A DNA stretch of 35,981 nt from a virus (IMGVR_UViG_3300027887_000031:1-35981); one strand, 5' to 3'; shown: positions 19,285 to 28,742, numbered from the stretch's first letter. Made by a program: numbers and translations. Notes: generated from the sequence alone by a model not told the origin.

Positions 19285-20877
19285 TTACCTCTCTAAAAGA
19301 TTGAGTGGCTTTCCCCACCCAGGAACCTCATCAGCCTCTTTCCATCCCTTCGCATATTTCTTATTGCGAAAATCGTCAACGCTCCACTTGCTTTTTGTCA
19401 AGTTCGAATCATGACGTATGCAAACGTTTGGAGCTTCTGACTGATACATTTCAGAACCGTACTTTCCGCCTTTGTGATATCCATAAATAGACTGATTGCA
19501 TCCTGGCTCATAATGACCGTCAAAACCTTTCTGCTCAATCTGCTGTATCTTCTTTGTATAGAAGTCAATCAGGAGTTCTCTGTTAGCGCAAATTCCGCTA
19601 ACTTGCTTTAGGTCATCTGTCCATACAGAGTGTCCATCTGGATATCTTGTCTTCCAAACATTCGTGTTGTAATAAAATATATCGTCTTTTTTAGGAGTGA
19701 AAAGAAAATGTGACGGATGGTAAAGAACGTCTGACTCGCACAAGAATACATACTTTGCATCGCTATTCATAAGTCCTTGCAAAATCTGTCTGTGCATCAT
19801 CTCTGGCCCTCTCTGTCCATCCATCCTTAATCTTGTATCTCCAAAATCTATATCTTTATTAAGAGACACGCTGATAATATTGAGTCCAGATTTCTTCAAT
19901 TGTTCTCTACACGCAGTTTCAATGTCAAGACTATGTGTATTGCACGTATAATATATTATATCCTTTTTCGCTGGAATATAATCTTCCCAATCTGGAGGAC
20001 TGAACTTTTTGATAAGCCATTCAAAAGAATATTTTGCGCCTTCCCATTTATTATCAGCAAAAAGCTCTTTCGATTTTTCTCTATTTCGAATAACAAGATT
20101 GCCTGGGTTTGGATACGGAAATCCAAAGTCTCCACCTTTTGTTCTAAACATGTGAGCGTACCAAGTTTTTCTATTTACAAGAACCCTTCCGCCACTTAGC
20201 CATGTTTTACAGGCGACCTCAACCCCTTGCTGGCCCCACGAGTGAAAATCCTTCTCCGAACTGATGTCCAATTCAAAATACTTTTCTCTCGTTAGCATAA
20301 AGCAAGATCCCTGCAAAGACATTGTTTCCGTAAGATCGCCTATTTGCCTGGATCCGAACTCGTTCCAATATTGGAAATGCATATCTCTGTCGAAACGATA
20401 GGCCGTACTCTGCGGATTTGTTTTCGCTATCCATACAACTTCCATCTCTGTTGGTTCACCGCATTCTTCACAAGGCCCACTTATTCCCTGATACCGACGA
20501 TGGTTGTTTTTGCATAGCCAGTTGAATGCATGAAGATTGCGCATCACCGGAGCCATCGTAATATCCGGTTCCATGCTTTCCATCATTGTTACGTCGAAGC
20601 CAGGAGCAAACGCACAATGAGCGTCAACCTTCATGATATACTTAGTTGACGGATCTGTAATTCTTGCTCCTTGATTTGTAGCAGCTCTCTGACCTATCGA
20701 TTCGCTGTTGTGAATGATAATAACATCTTTATGATCTTTTATGCCAGGATCAGGCCAGTATCCATCAAGAACTGCGATTACCTGTGTGCTTCCTTTTTTA
20801 TTATCTAATATATCTTTGATTGTATTCGTGAGAAATATTTCATTTCTTGCTGGAATGATAATAGATAAATCGTACAT
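19285..20877 (-). CDS. Two-domain GT-A glycosyltransferase; N-terminal domain is ppGalNAc-T (GT27)-like
   Basis: SIIIPARNE, MKVDAHC (DxH), WGQQGVEVACKTWLSGG...AHMFR; second domain has VFLCESDVLY. Confidence 0.88.
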   Translation of the reverse strand: MYDLSIIIPARNEIFLTNTIKDILDNKKGSTQVIAVLDGYWPDPGIKDHKDVIIIHNSESIGQRAATNQGARITDPSTKYIMKVDAHCAFAPGFDVTMMESMEPDITMAPVMRNLHAFNWLCKNNHRRYQGISGPCEECGEPTEMEVVWIAKTNPQSTAYRFDRDMHFQYWNEFGSRQIGDLTETMSLQGSCFMLTREKYFELDISSEKDFHSWGQQGVEVACKTWLSGGRVLVNRKTWYAHMFRTKGGDFGFPYPNPGNLVIRNREKSKELFADNKWEGAKYSFEWLIKKFSPPDWEDYIPAKKDIIYYTCNTHSLDIETACREQLKKSGLNIISVSLNKDIDFGDTRLRMDGQRGPEMMHRQILQGLMNSDAKYVFLCESDVLYHPSHFLFTPKKDDIFYYNTNVWKTRYPDGHSVWTDDLKQVSGICANRELLIDFYTKKIQQIEQKGFDGHYEPGCNQSIYGYHKGGKYGSEMYQSEAPNVCIRHDSNLTKSKWSVDDFRNKKYAKGWKEADEVPGWGKPLNLLER

Positions 20878-21446
20878 TATTTCCTCATAATTACGAGACG
20901 ATCATCGAAGTGACGAGCGATTGGAAATGTTATTAATTCAGCATTGTATTGCTTTAGGTATTTCGCAACCTTGTCGCTAACAACATCTTCAACAATATAT
21001 ATTGCACCGTCTTTTAGAAATGGCATAATATCAAGACACGTATTTACTTGAGACTTAAGCGTGTGAAGACCATCGTCAATCACAATATCAACATCGTCTC
21101 CAACGTCAGACATAAGGCGAAACACATCTTCGGTATGCGTTTGATCGCACTCGAATGTTTTTATTCTATCTGCCTCAAACAATATATCTTTATTAATATC
21201 AGCACCGTATATCTGAGCGTTCGGGAAGAAGTCGCGCCACATATACAGGCTCGCTCCGATTGTGTATGTTTTAGGTCGCTCCATTACTGCTGGATATCCA
21301 ACTCCGATCTCAAGAAATTTCTTGACATCATTTCGCATATCCTTAAATAGCTCATAGTAATATGGAGTAAATGGATGTTTTATCTCGTAACACTTATCGG
21401 ATCCATACTTGTATGCAAGATGACATAGCTCAGTCCATAAGTTCAT
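20877..21446 (-). CDS. Class I SAM-dependent methyltransferase, MycE/TylE-like sugar O-methyltransferase type
   Basis: YGSDK...H...YY, LEIGVG, IYGADI, DQ, DIVIDDGLH, YIVED. Start set at ATG 21446 (ATGA overlap with the upstream stop). Confidence 0.85.
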   Translation of the reverse strand: MNLWTELCHLAYKYGSDKCYEIKHPFTPYYYELFKDMRNDVKKFLEIGVGYPAVMERPKTYTIGASLYMWRDFFPNAQIYGADINKDILFEADRIKTFECDQTHTEDVFRLMSDVGDDVDIVIDDGLHTLKSQVNTCLDIMPFLKDGAIYIVEDVVSDKVAKYLKQYNAELITFPIARHFDDRLVIMRK

Positions 21447-22117
21447 TGTTTCGCCCAAAACCAAGATCGAGATGGATCGCGTATTTCTTCACCCGTCTTT
21501 TCCTGCGATCCAAGAATAAACCAGGGCTTGATTGCATAAGCTTTTGTATACCCATCCACAACATACTTCACATGAATTCTGGCTTGCTGTCGATATGTTG
21601 TATAATCGTGTCCAGCAATAATTCCGCCTTTCCTCACCTTGAAAGACCACTCATGAATATCATTCGTGCAATTCTGGAAGTCGTGATTTCCGTCGATATA
21701 AACGAAGTCGAGTGAATTGTCTCCGAACATCTTGATTGCGTTCAAACTCGTGTTTCTGATAATTGTGCTGTTTGGATATCTTGAAAGTATTTTCTTTGCT
21801 TTTTCGTAATACCCTTCATGAAGTCCTTGATCAATCGTAAGACCGTCACCGTCTATGTGAGGTTCACCGTGTTCAAAGTAAGTGCCAGCATACCAGGGAT
21901 CGATGCTGTATATCTTTGCATTCGGATTTTCGTTGCAAAGAACAGCCGAGTATTCACCACTCTTAACACCTATTTCAGCGCCTGTTGAAAACTTCAATTC
22001 ATTGAAAAGAGCGGCGAGATTATTTCGCCCGAAGTTTGGAATCACTACGGGCATTTTTCCTTCGATCTCTTTATGTATACCGAATTTATTTGTGATGTAT
22101 TCAATCGTGTCAATCAT
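21443..22117 (-). CDS. Class I SAM-dependent methyltransferase (Methyltransf_24-like)
   Basis: GAEIGVKSG, IDPW, LDFVYIDGNH, GGIIAGHDY. Confidence 0.9.
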   Translation of the reverse strand: MIDTIEYITNKFGIHKEIEGKMPVVIPNFGRNNLAALFNELKFSTGAEIGVKSGEYSAVLCNENPNAKIYSIDPWYAGTYFEHGEPHIDGDGLTIDQGLHEGYYEKAKKILSRYPNSTIIRNTSLNAIKMFGDNSLDFVYIDGNHDFQNCTNDIHEWSFKVRKGGIIAGHDYTTYRQQARIHVKYVVDGYTKAYAIKPWFILGSQEKTGEEIRDPSRSWFWAKQ

Positions 22118-22995
22118 TTCTTAGAAGCCTTTATTTCTTTCCAGTTTTCGGGCCAATTCGGGAGAGGCCAGAACTTATCAATAAGCCACTCGATATCATG
22201 TATTCTTTCTTCCCATCTGTTGTTCCACCAGAAGTCGAACGAATAAGCATTTCCTCTAAGTCTCTCCGATGATGATAAGAAGTACATTCTTCCGTATTGC
22301 TTTCCTTTATGGAGATGCGCATAGTATGTATTCTTGTTTACCATGACTCTGCCATGCCAGGGGCCAAGTTGTGTCTTAAATCCAATCTCCTGCGGTTCGC
22401 CCATGAATGTCTCGTACCCTATGTTGTCCATTCCTTTAATCCTGTCAACAAAGTGTTCTTTCCACATGAACCAACAACTTCCCTGAAAAGTCATATCTTC
22501 ATATACGGTTTTGTCTTTCAGGAATTCACGGCGCTCGCTCCACGTTCTTCCATGCAAACCAGGATCATGCTCATGCCCTGGAGTAAATGGATAGAAATAA
22601 TACATCGAATCTACTGGAGACTTATCATTCAGCTTCCAGTTCTCTGCATCAAGACTATATCGCCTTGGAATGATAATCTCGTTATCTTCGCAGTCACGCT
22701 GTAGTATCTCGTCAAAACCTGGGCCAAACAAACAATGTGCGTCTGTCTTCATGAGATACTTGCCAGTGGCTATGGATGCCGCTTCGTTAATTGAAGTTCG
22801 CATTCCTTTGGAAACATCATGAACAATTGTTCTAATTCTTTTGTCATCCGGTAAAACTGGATGCTCTGCCCTGTCATAACCATCGAGAACTGGAATCACT
22901 TCAATATCGCCAGTAGCCTTCTCTAAGATGTCCTCTACTGTTTTCTTTAGAAACAGTTCGTTTCTCGACGGTATCAGTATTGATACTCTACTCAT
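22114..22995 (-). CDS. GT-A glycosyltransferase, ppGalNAc-T-like paralog of 19285..20877
   Basis: SILIPSRNE, VLDGY, MKTDAHC, QGSCWFM, EIGFKT...GRVMVNKNTYYAH. Confidence 0.88.
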   Translation of the reverse strand: MSRVSILIPSRNELFLKKTVEDILEKATGDIEVIPVLDGYDRAEHPVLPDDKRIRTIVHDVSKGMRTSINEAASIATGKYLMKTDAHCLFGPGFDEILQRDCEDNEIIIPRRYSLDAENWKLNDKSPVDSMYYFYPFTPGHEHDPGLHGRTWSERREFLKDKTVYEDMTFQGSCWFMWKEHFVDRIKGMDNIGYETFMGEPQEIGFKTQLGPWHGRVMVNKNTYYAHLHKGKQYGRMYFLSSSERLRGNAYSFDFWWNNRWEERIHDIEWLIDKFWPLPNWPENWKEIKASKK

Positions 22996-23013
22996 TCTAT
23001 TCCTCTTTATAAC

Positions 23014-23625
23014 TTATGGTTTTGCCCAAAATACGGTGTACTCTGGCTCTTTATCGACTTTCACAAGATAGTCGCAAATAAAAAACTCGTTGATCTGATG
23101 AGCCTTTGTGTATACATCAACTGCCTCAACAACTCCGGCTCTACTGAAACGGTAATAATCATGTAGTGCAATAATACCGTTTGACTTCACTTTTCTTCCC
23201 AACGAGATAAGATCCTCCATTACGTAATCGAACTCATGGTTCCCATCAATATAAATAAAGTCAAGGCTTTTATCCTTGAATTCGCCAACGGCTTCCATAC
23301 TTGTCTTTCTAAGTATGGTTACTCCGTATGGATCTAATCTTTCATGAGCAAGTTTGAAACAGCGTTCATGCTCATCGGTAGAGTTTTTCCAATGGTATTT
23401 CATATACGGATCGACGCAAGTCAACTTGATCCCGTATATGCTCTGGCATAGCTGTAGTGCGTACAATCCCTGAGCGGTTCCGACTTCGACTCCGTTAAAG
23501 AGCCTAATCTCATTTAGATACTCCGCTAGATTTCTTCTTGTAAATCCTTTGATACGAACCGGAATTGATTGAGAACTTTTCGGATTGAACCTTTCGTGTA
23601 AAACCAAAGGTAAATTATCAGTCAT
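23014..23625 (-). CDS. Class I SAM-dependent methyltransferase (Methyltransf_24-like), paralog of 21443..22117
   Basis: GVEVGTAQG, VDPY, LDFIYIDGNH, GIIALHDY, and a shared C-terminal FWAK. Confidence 0.9.
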   Translation of the reverse strand: MTDNLPLVLHERFNPKSSQSIPVRIKGFTRRNLAEYLNEIRLFNGVEVGTAQGLYALQLCQSIYGIKLTCVDPYMKYHWKNSTDEHERCFKLAHERLDPYGVTILRKTSMEAVGEFKDKSLDFIYIDGNHEFDYVMEDLISLGRKVKSNGIIALHDYYRFSRAGVVEAVDVYTKAHQINEFFICDYLVKVDKEPEYTVFWAKP

Positions 23626-23839
23626 TTCTATCGCCTTCGATAATTACAGCGAGAATTGCGCTTGCGGCATTCTTCGGCTCAATCTTCACCTGTTTCGGAG
23701 AAGTCCATGCTTGCGGAGTTCCTTCGCTGTCAACAAGTATATTGATTGACAAAATCGAAAGCCCTTCGCTTTTTGATACACTCTGTAATCTTCTGATTAC
23801 AGAGAACCATTCTTTTTGTATGTCATCTGGAACTATCAT
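23618..23839 (-). CDS. Hypothetical protein (73 aa)
   Basis: Fills the operon gap and overlaps the next start. Confidence 0.7.
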   Translation of the reverse strand: MIVPDDIQKEWFSVIRRLQSVSKSEGLSILSINILVDSEGTPQAWTSPKQVKIEPKNAASAILAVIIEGDRND

Positions 23840-23845
23840 TATTTA

Positions 23846-24349
23846 TCACCAACCGCGCTCGGTTCTTAACACTCTGCTAACCGCATTCGCTATTTTTGTT
23901 TGAAATTTCTTTCTTCTTTTTTCTTCAAGAGTTTTGATAAAGTTTCTTGGCGCTATTCCTGGCCTTGGCTCTTTTGTGTTTATATACGCAACTCCGTCCA
24001 ATCCTCTTGATTTGAGAGTAAGTTTTCCCGATTCTGATCGAACCTTATAATCTTTATCCATCGTAGCATAACGGACGCTTGTTCCCTGATCTACAAAGTA
24101 GAAATACATATTGTCGATAAATACCTTGACGCTGATAAGATTAGACTTTTCTTCTTCTTCGTACTCAACAACAATTGTCTCAGGAGCCCACCAATCATAA
24201 GTGAGTTTATCTAGTATTCGCTTCTGGATCTGCCCTTCTTCTCTCGTTACCCTCATTATTTCTTTTCTGAGCTTATTCTTTACTACTTGGCTGTCCGTAA
24301 GACCTTCAAACAAAAATGGGCCAACTATTCTTTGAATAACGATATGCAT
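23846..24349 (-). CDS. HK97 gp10-like morphogenesis protein (167 aa)
   Basis: FVDQGT...PGIAPRNF resembles the gp10-family E.GT...PG..P.PF pattern. Confidence 0.5.
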   Translation of the reverse strand: MHIVIQRIVGPFLFEGLTDSQVVKNKLRKEIMRVTREEGQIQKRILDKLTYDWWAPETIVVEYEEEEKSNLISVKVFIDNMYFYFVDQGTSVRYATMDKDYKVRSESGKLTLKSRGLDGVAYINTKEPRPGIAPRNFIKTLEEKRRKKFQTKIANAVSRVLRTERGW

Positions 24350-26052
24350 TATTCCTCCAAGTCTGCTTGCTGATCACCGCGTATAACAACCTCATCTCTA
24401 CCTAATTTTCTGCCAAACCGTTCCTCTTGAGAAGAATTATCATTCCCTGGCTTTGCCGACCCTGATCTCGCCTGACCATCACCTGATGCTTCTCCGGTTG
24501 GCCTGTTGGCCCTTCCGGTAAGAGACTGCATCATAATCTGTTGCTCAAACATTTCCTGTTCCATAAGCGGCTTTTCGTACTTCTGATAAATTGCCGCTAA
24601 TGCTCTGCGAGATTTCTTTACAAGATTAACATCTTTCGAAGTCATGATAATCTTTTGAATATCTGTCTTTTTCTTCTCGAAGTTAGCATCGGTTGTTCCA
24701 GACAAGAGCATCACGTAATCTTTATCTTCGCTTTCAAATAATATTTCGACATCAAGACCGTCCACGAGCCTTCCGTCAGATAACTCAAGTTCTTCGAATT
24801 GTTCCAAAGATATCTCTTTGTTTTCCAACATCAACTGTCTCTCGAGTCTAACATTAGTTACGGAAGTAATCAAGTCCCGCTGGCGAGATTGTGATCGAGT
24901 TGCGCGTATCTCTGCGGCCTGTCTGTCCTGAGCATCATCTTGATAGTCAAACACAAGTTGAAGATACGGAGGAAGCATTTTTGATCCGCATCCTGTCTCT
25001 GTGATCTGGAGGATCTGGCCTGGGCCTTTCCCTCTCTGCTTCATGTGCTGAACGATTGCATCAGCTTTTGAAGCGCCACCCTCCATCATCGGGAATAGCT
25101 CTTTGGCATCCATGCCAAAAGCCATAGCGATTACACTCATGCCGAGTATGGTGGATTCCTTTTCATCAAATCCATCTGGCAGAGAAGCAAGGTCAATTTC
25201 CTCAACTCTTGGATCGAGTATGTTTCTGTTACCCGCAACAATTGTTTTCGAGAATCTAGTAAATCCAGCATTGCTCATAGCCCGTTCTGACATCTGAACC
25301 GCAAGCTGGATATCTTCTGGATCCAACCCGCCTCCAGTGATCATCAGTTTTCTCGGAGGCCGACTGCCAAGTTTTTCCTGCTTATATGTTGAAATGTCAA
25401 TCAGGTTCTGTGTTGAGTTGATTGCCCTACTTGCCGCGCAGAATCCAACTCCACACATCCTAACATCCGTAGATGGTTGCTGTGACGCGAACCAAACACG
25501 CGAGTAATGAAGCTTGTACATCTTCCCTGAAATATCTTCATACACTACCGGATATTCTGGACTTCCTGTTCTTAAGCATCTGGCGGAGTCCATGTGAGCA
25601 ATCGAGATTGGCATTCCTGTAAGCGGGCCATCTTTCTTTCCTGGGCCGATAATTTCAGCGAACGCCCCGTTGTCCTGTGTCAGAAGATCCTCAATAAACT
25701 TTCCGTAGAACGCAACCCATCCTTCGCCGAATTGAGAACCATTGATGATAACATCCGTGAATTCCTCTGCGGCCTTAACGTGAGTTTTGATTGATTTGTC
25801 TTTTGCTTCTACCTTCACCGGAATTGCTGTCATCTTCGCGCACATGTTGAATACAGCACCGGATAGGTGGTCGGATGACTTTGTGAACGATCTAAGCTCC
25901 AAGTCACGCCTTCTACTCCACCAGGGCGCAATAATATCATTAACCTTCGCCAGAAGCATCATCAGCGATATCGGAGCGCCGATCATCTGTCCCTGGCTTG
26001 CGCTTTGTACGCTGTTCGCTAAAGCCTGTTCCATTACCGTATCATTAGGCAT
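24349..26052 (-). CDS. Portal protein (567 aa)
   Basis: Immediately after terL; FIEDLLTQDNGAFAEII and IAMAFGM are portal-like segments. Confidence 0.85.
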   Translation of the reverse strand: MPNDTVMEQALANSVQSASQGQMIGAPISLMMLLAKVNDIIAPWWSRRRDLELRSFTKSSDHLSGAVFNMCAKMTAIPVKVEAKDKSIKTHVKAAEEFTDVIINGSQFGEGWVAFYGKFIEDLLTQDNGAFAEIIGPGKKDGPLTGMPISIAHMDSARCLRTGSPEYPVVYEDISGKMYKLHYSRVWFASQQPSTDVRMCGVGFCAASRAINSTQNLIDISTYKQEKLGSRPPRKLMITGGGLDPEDIQLAVQMSERAMSNAGFTRFSKTIVAGNRNILDPRVEEIDLASLPDGFDEKESTILGMSVIAMAFGMDAKELFPMMEGGASKADAIVQHMKQRGKGPGQILQITETGCGSKMLPPYLQLVFDYQDDAQDRQAAEIRATRSQSRQRDLITSVTNVRLERQLMLENKEISLEQFEELELSDGRLVDGLDVEILFESEDKDYVMLLSGTTDANFEKKKTDIQKIIMTSKDVNLVKKSRRALAAIYQKYEKPLMEQEMFEQQIMMQSLTGRANRPTGEASGDGQARSGSAKPGNDNSSQEERFGRKLGRDEVVIRGDQQADLEE

Positions 26053-27520
26053 TTGTGTCTCCCAAGTTTATAATTTTCATTCTCAAACCAGTACCAGGGC
26101 GAATCGTAGATATTAGATATCTTTCAGCATCAAGCCTATGGAACGTGTTTTTGTTCTCAATATCGGAGATAACATCGCCTTCTTTGTTCCTTTTGCGACG
26201 ATATCTGCCTTTCTCATCCAGTATACCACTTAGATTCTTGAAATATATGACAGAACTCAAATTATGCAATGCGTATACCCGACTGATACCTAAATCAACC
26301 TCATCGGTAAGTGGAGGCATAATCGGAAGCCCATGCTGTCCGAATTCCATTCTCCACTGGTCTTCCGACCTAGCGCCACCATAAGCAACCGGAACTCCGT
26401 TTTCGTATTTCAGGATATCCTTGACGTGCTGTTCTATTGCTTTCCCGCCGCCAAGGTATTCTCTGTAGCAGTACAGCTTTCCGGTTCCAGGTTCCTCAGC
26501 GTAATACATCGCCGCCGTATGAGATCCACCAAAGTCAACACCAAGATAGCGTCTCCACGATTCCGGTATTTCGAACGGAGGGCAAACATGCTTTGTCGGA
26601 TCGAATGTATCGTAGATCAAGAATCTGCGTGATGCCTTTCTTCCACGATAAAACATCTGGAATTCTTCATCAGACAGAAGCTCTTTCTGTTCATTGTACT
26701 CATCCATCGGAAATGCTGGATTGAGGATCGAGTCAAACTGAACCACAATCGTATCACGCTTTACAGAGTCCGTCACTTCAAGTTCCGCACTACCATGCGT
26801 CTCGAATGCCGTGTTTCCTTCCGCAACCGCTGGATCGATCACCTGTTGAGTAAACCATCCAATGTTGTACAGAGTTGTCGTCATGAGCATTCTTCCGCGC
26901 TTCAACGCTATTCTTCTTCGTATAGCCTTGTAAGCATCCAGCGAGAACCGATCCTGACCGCATTCATCCAGCCAAGCCGCTTTTGCAGTAGCAGACTCTA
27001 ACCCGCCGAGTGCATCTGCCGAGCGGAGGATAATTCTCCCCCACATATTATCCGTTGCGCGTTTTGCAAGGAATTTGCCTGTCACCGGATCCGCAAGCTC
27101 AATAATCCTATCTCCGCCCCAAAACCGACCAAGCTGAAATATTCCATCAAACACCGCCAGCATACTCGGAAGCATTTTTAGTTTGAACAAATCAAACGAA
27201 GCTGTTACCGCAATATAATCTCCAGGCCCACGCTTTTCGTAAACTTCCCTAAGTATCCACCACGGCCCCCAAGATGTTTTGCCAGACTGACTGCCAGCGC
27301 TCATCACAACGCTTCTTCGGTCTGCGTCCCAAAGTATGTTCTGCGCCTGATGGAACGGGATCGGCTTAAAATCCTCATCGTGAAGATTCCTATCAGGCCA
27401 TTTTTTCATTTGTTCTGTATAAAAGGTATGTTCTTTACTCGCTTTGTCCTTCAACAAAGCTACCTTCAACGATATCTGCGCTTCCGGTGTCAAGTAATTT
27501 AGTAACGAATTCTTTTCCAA
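26045..27520 (-). CDS. terL: Terminase large subunit
   Basis: Walker A AGSQSGKT, Walker B AWLDE, coupling motif TTT, nuclease LGVDFG and HRLDAERY; TTG start with GGAGG SD. Confidence 0.95.
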   Translation of the reverse strand: MEKNSLLNYLTPEAQISLKVALLKDKASKEHTFYTEQMKKWPDRNLHDEDFKPIPFHQAQNILWDADRRSVVMSAGSQSGKTSWGPWWILREVYEKRGPGDYIAVTASFDLFKLKMLPSMLAVFDGIFQLGRFWGGDRIIELADPVTGKFLAKRATDNMWGRIILRSADALGGLESATAKAAWLDECGQDRFSLDAYKAIRRRIALKRGRMLMTTTLYNIGWFTQQVIDPAVAEGNTAFETHGSAELEVTDSVKRDTIVVQFDSILNPAFPMDEYNEQKELLSDEEFQMFYRGRKASRRFLIYDTFDPTKHVCPPFEIPESWRRYLGVDFGGSHTAAMYYAEEPGTGKLYCYREYLGGGKAIEQHVKDILKYENGVPVAYGGARSEDQWRMEFGQHGLPIMPPLTDEVDLGISRVYALHNLSSVIYFKNLSGILDEKGRYRRKRNKEGDVISDIENKNTFHRLDAERYLISTIRPGTGLRMKIINLGDTNA

Positions 27521-27992
27521 GTTCTTCCTCCGCCTGTTCTCGTGTGACTTTCCCCTGCTTAATCAAGTCTATGATTTCCGAGTGCCAATCACTCACTTCG
27601 ACCTTCGAGTGAACTGGAGCATAAAGGCCAAACAACATCGCCCTCTGATGCATTATCTTTAAAATACGATCCACGTACTTCACATCGCCTTGTAGAGCCT
27701 TCGGCATCAAAGCGGTTTGAAGATCATCGAGCCTGTTCATTTCCAATATGCGCAAGTCATTTGCATTTTCGGACATCTCCTTCTTGATCTTATCAATCTC
27801 AAATTTAACATCACGCCAAACATACCGTTCATCATAACTCGGTGGAAGCATTTCGGCCCCGAACCTGCTAACAACTTCGGTAAATATGCTTCTGTAATCT
27901 AATCCAGCAGAACGAAGTTGCAGAGCATATCTCCGTCTATCGACAGCCGATATATTTCTTTTGCTCATAGCGCCGTAATTATTGTCAGCCAA
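27435..27992 (-). CDS. terS: Terminase small subunit (HTH)
   Basis: Directly upstream of terL; ALQLRSAGLDYRSI HTH and RAMLFGL motif. Start placed at TTG 27992 (GGAG 7 nt upstream); ATG 27968 is an alternative. Confidence 0.75.
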   Translation of the reverse strand: MADNNYGAMSKRNISAVDRRRYALQLRSAGLDYRSIFTEVVSRFGAEMLPPSYDERYVWRDVKFEIDKIKKEMSENANDLRILEMNRLDDLQTALMPKALQGDVKYVDRILKIMHQRAMLFGLYAPVHSKVEVSDWHSEIIDLIKQGKVTREQAEEELGKEFVTKLLDTGSADIVEGSFVEGQSE

Positions 27993-28040
27993 AATTATTC
28001 TCCAGGGCCAATCCAAACTTTTGTGTACATATTTTGTGTA

Positions 28041-28049
28041 ATTATATCA
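28041..28049 (-). promoter_or_regulatory. Extended -10 promoter for the virion operon
   Basis: TGATATAAT on the minus strand about 50 bp upstream of terS; poor -35. Confidence 0.55.
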
Positions 28050-28399
28050 TCTTTTCTCTTTGCCGACTATGCCGGAGATGCTTTGCGAGCCAAAAACAGA
28101 GCATTTCTTTGTCCTATTTATAGGACGTTTGTAAAGTAACTCCCCAGTAATACGTATTACTAATCAAACTTTTTCTATATTTAAATATGCGTCACAACGA
28201 TTCCCTTTCATCACTTCACCTTCGCATTACCGGCTATGCGCCTGATTTCATCTCTACTTCCATATCATTTCCTATCTACATACGCCCTACTTCCTATCCA
28301 CATGCTATATACATTACAATTTTTCACTCCGATTAGGACGATGATTTTCAAAAATTGAGCTACGTTTCGGAGAGGATCTTTTACATGAGCGCCAAAAAT

Positions 28400-28669
28400 T
28401 TAGGTAAACCTAACCTTTTTTTTAGCCCAGCCTAAAACTCAATTTAGGCTCACCTAAAACTCAATTTAGGCTCACCTAAATTTGAATTTAGGCTCACCTA
28501 AAAACTAAGTTAGCCTATACTAACTTAATATATTAATATACACTAACTCATTGAGATAGCCTGCATTGAGATGTTTTGTTAGTGCAGACTCCTATGCCCA
28601 TTTAGGCTATCCTAACTTACTATTTAGCCCAGCCTAAGTATTAAGCCAATTAAGATTAGGCCGACCTAA
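28400..28669. repeat. Array of 14-bp palindromes TTAG(G/C)-N4-(C/A)CTAA, mostly at a 22-bp period
   Basis: Copies start at 28400, 28422, 28444, 28466, 28488, 28510, (28533 degenerate), 28602, 28624 and 28656. Confidence 0.92.
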
Positions 28670-28676
28670 AACTCAT

Positions 28677-28704
28677 TGCAACGAATCTGCAACGGAACTG
28701 CAAC
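28677..28704 (+). repeat. Three TGCAAC direct repeats at an 11-bp period just upstream of a -35 box
   Basis: Copies at 28677, 28688 and 28699. Confidence 0.7.
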
Positions 28705-28713
28705 ACAACTCAC

Positions 28714-28742
28714 TTGACTTAAGACATGACTTAAGCGATAAT
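28714..28742 (+). promoter_or_regulatory. Sigma70-type promoter of the plus-strand (putative early) region
   Basis: TTGACT-N17-GATAAT, overlapped by a TGACTTAAG direct repeat. Confidence 0.7.

Noticed and set aside
28400-28546. 22-bp periodic repeats as a CRISPR array
   Set aside because: Linkers are only 8 bp and partly identical; there are no unique ~30-bp spacers and no cas genes.
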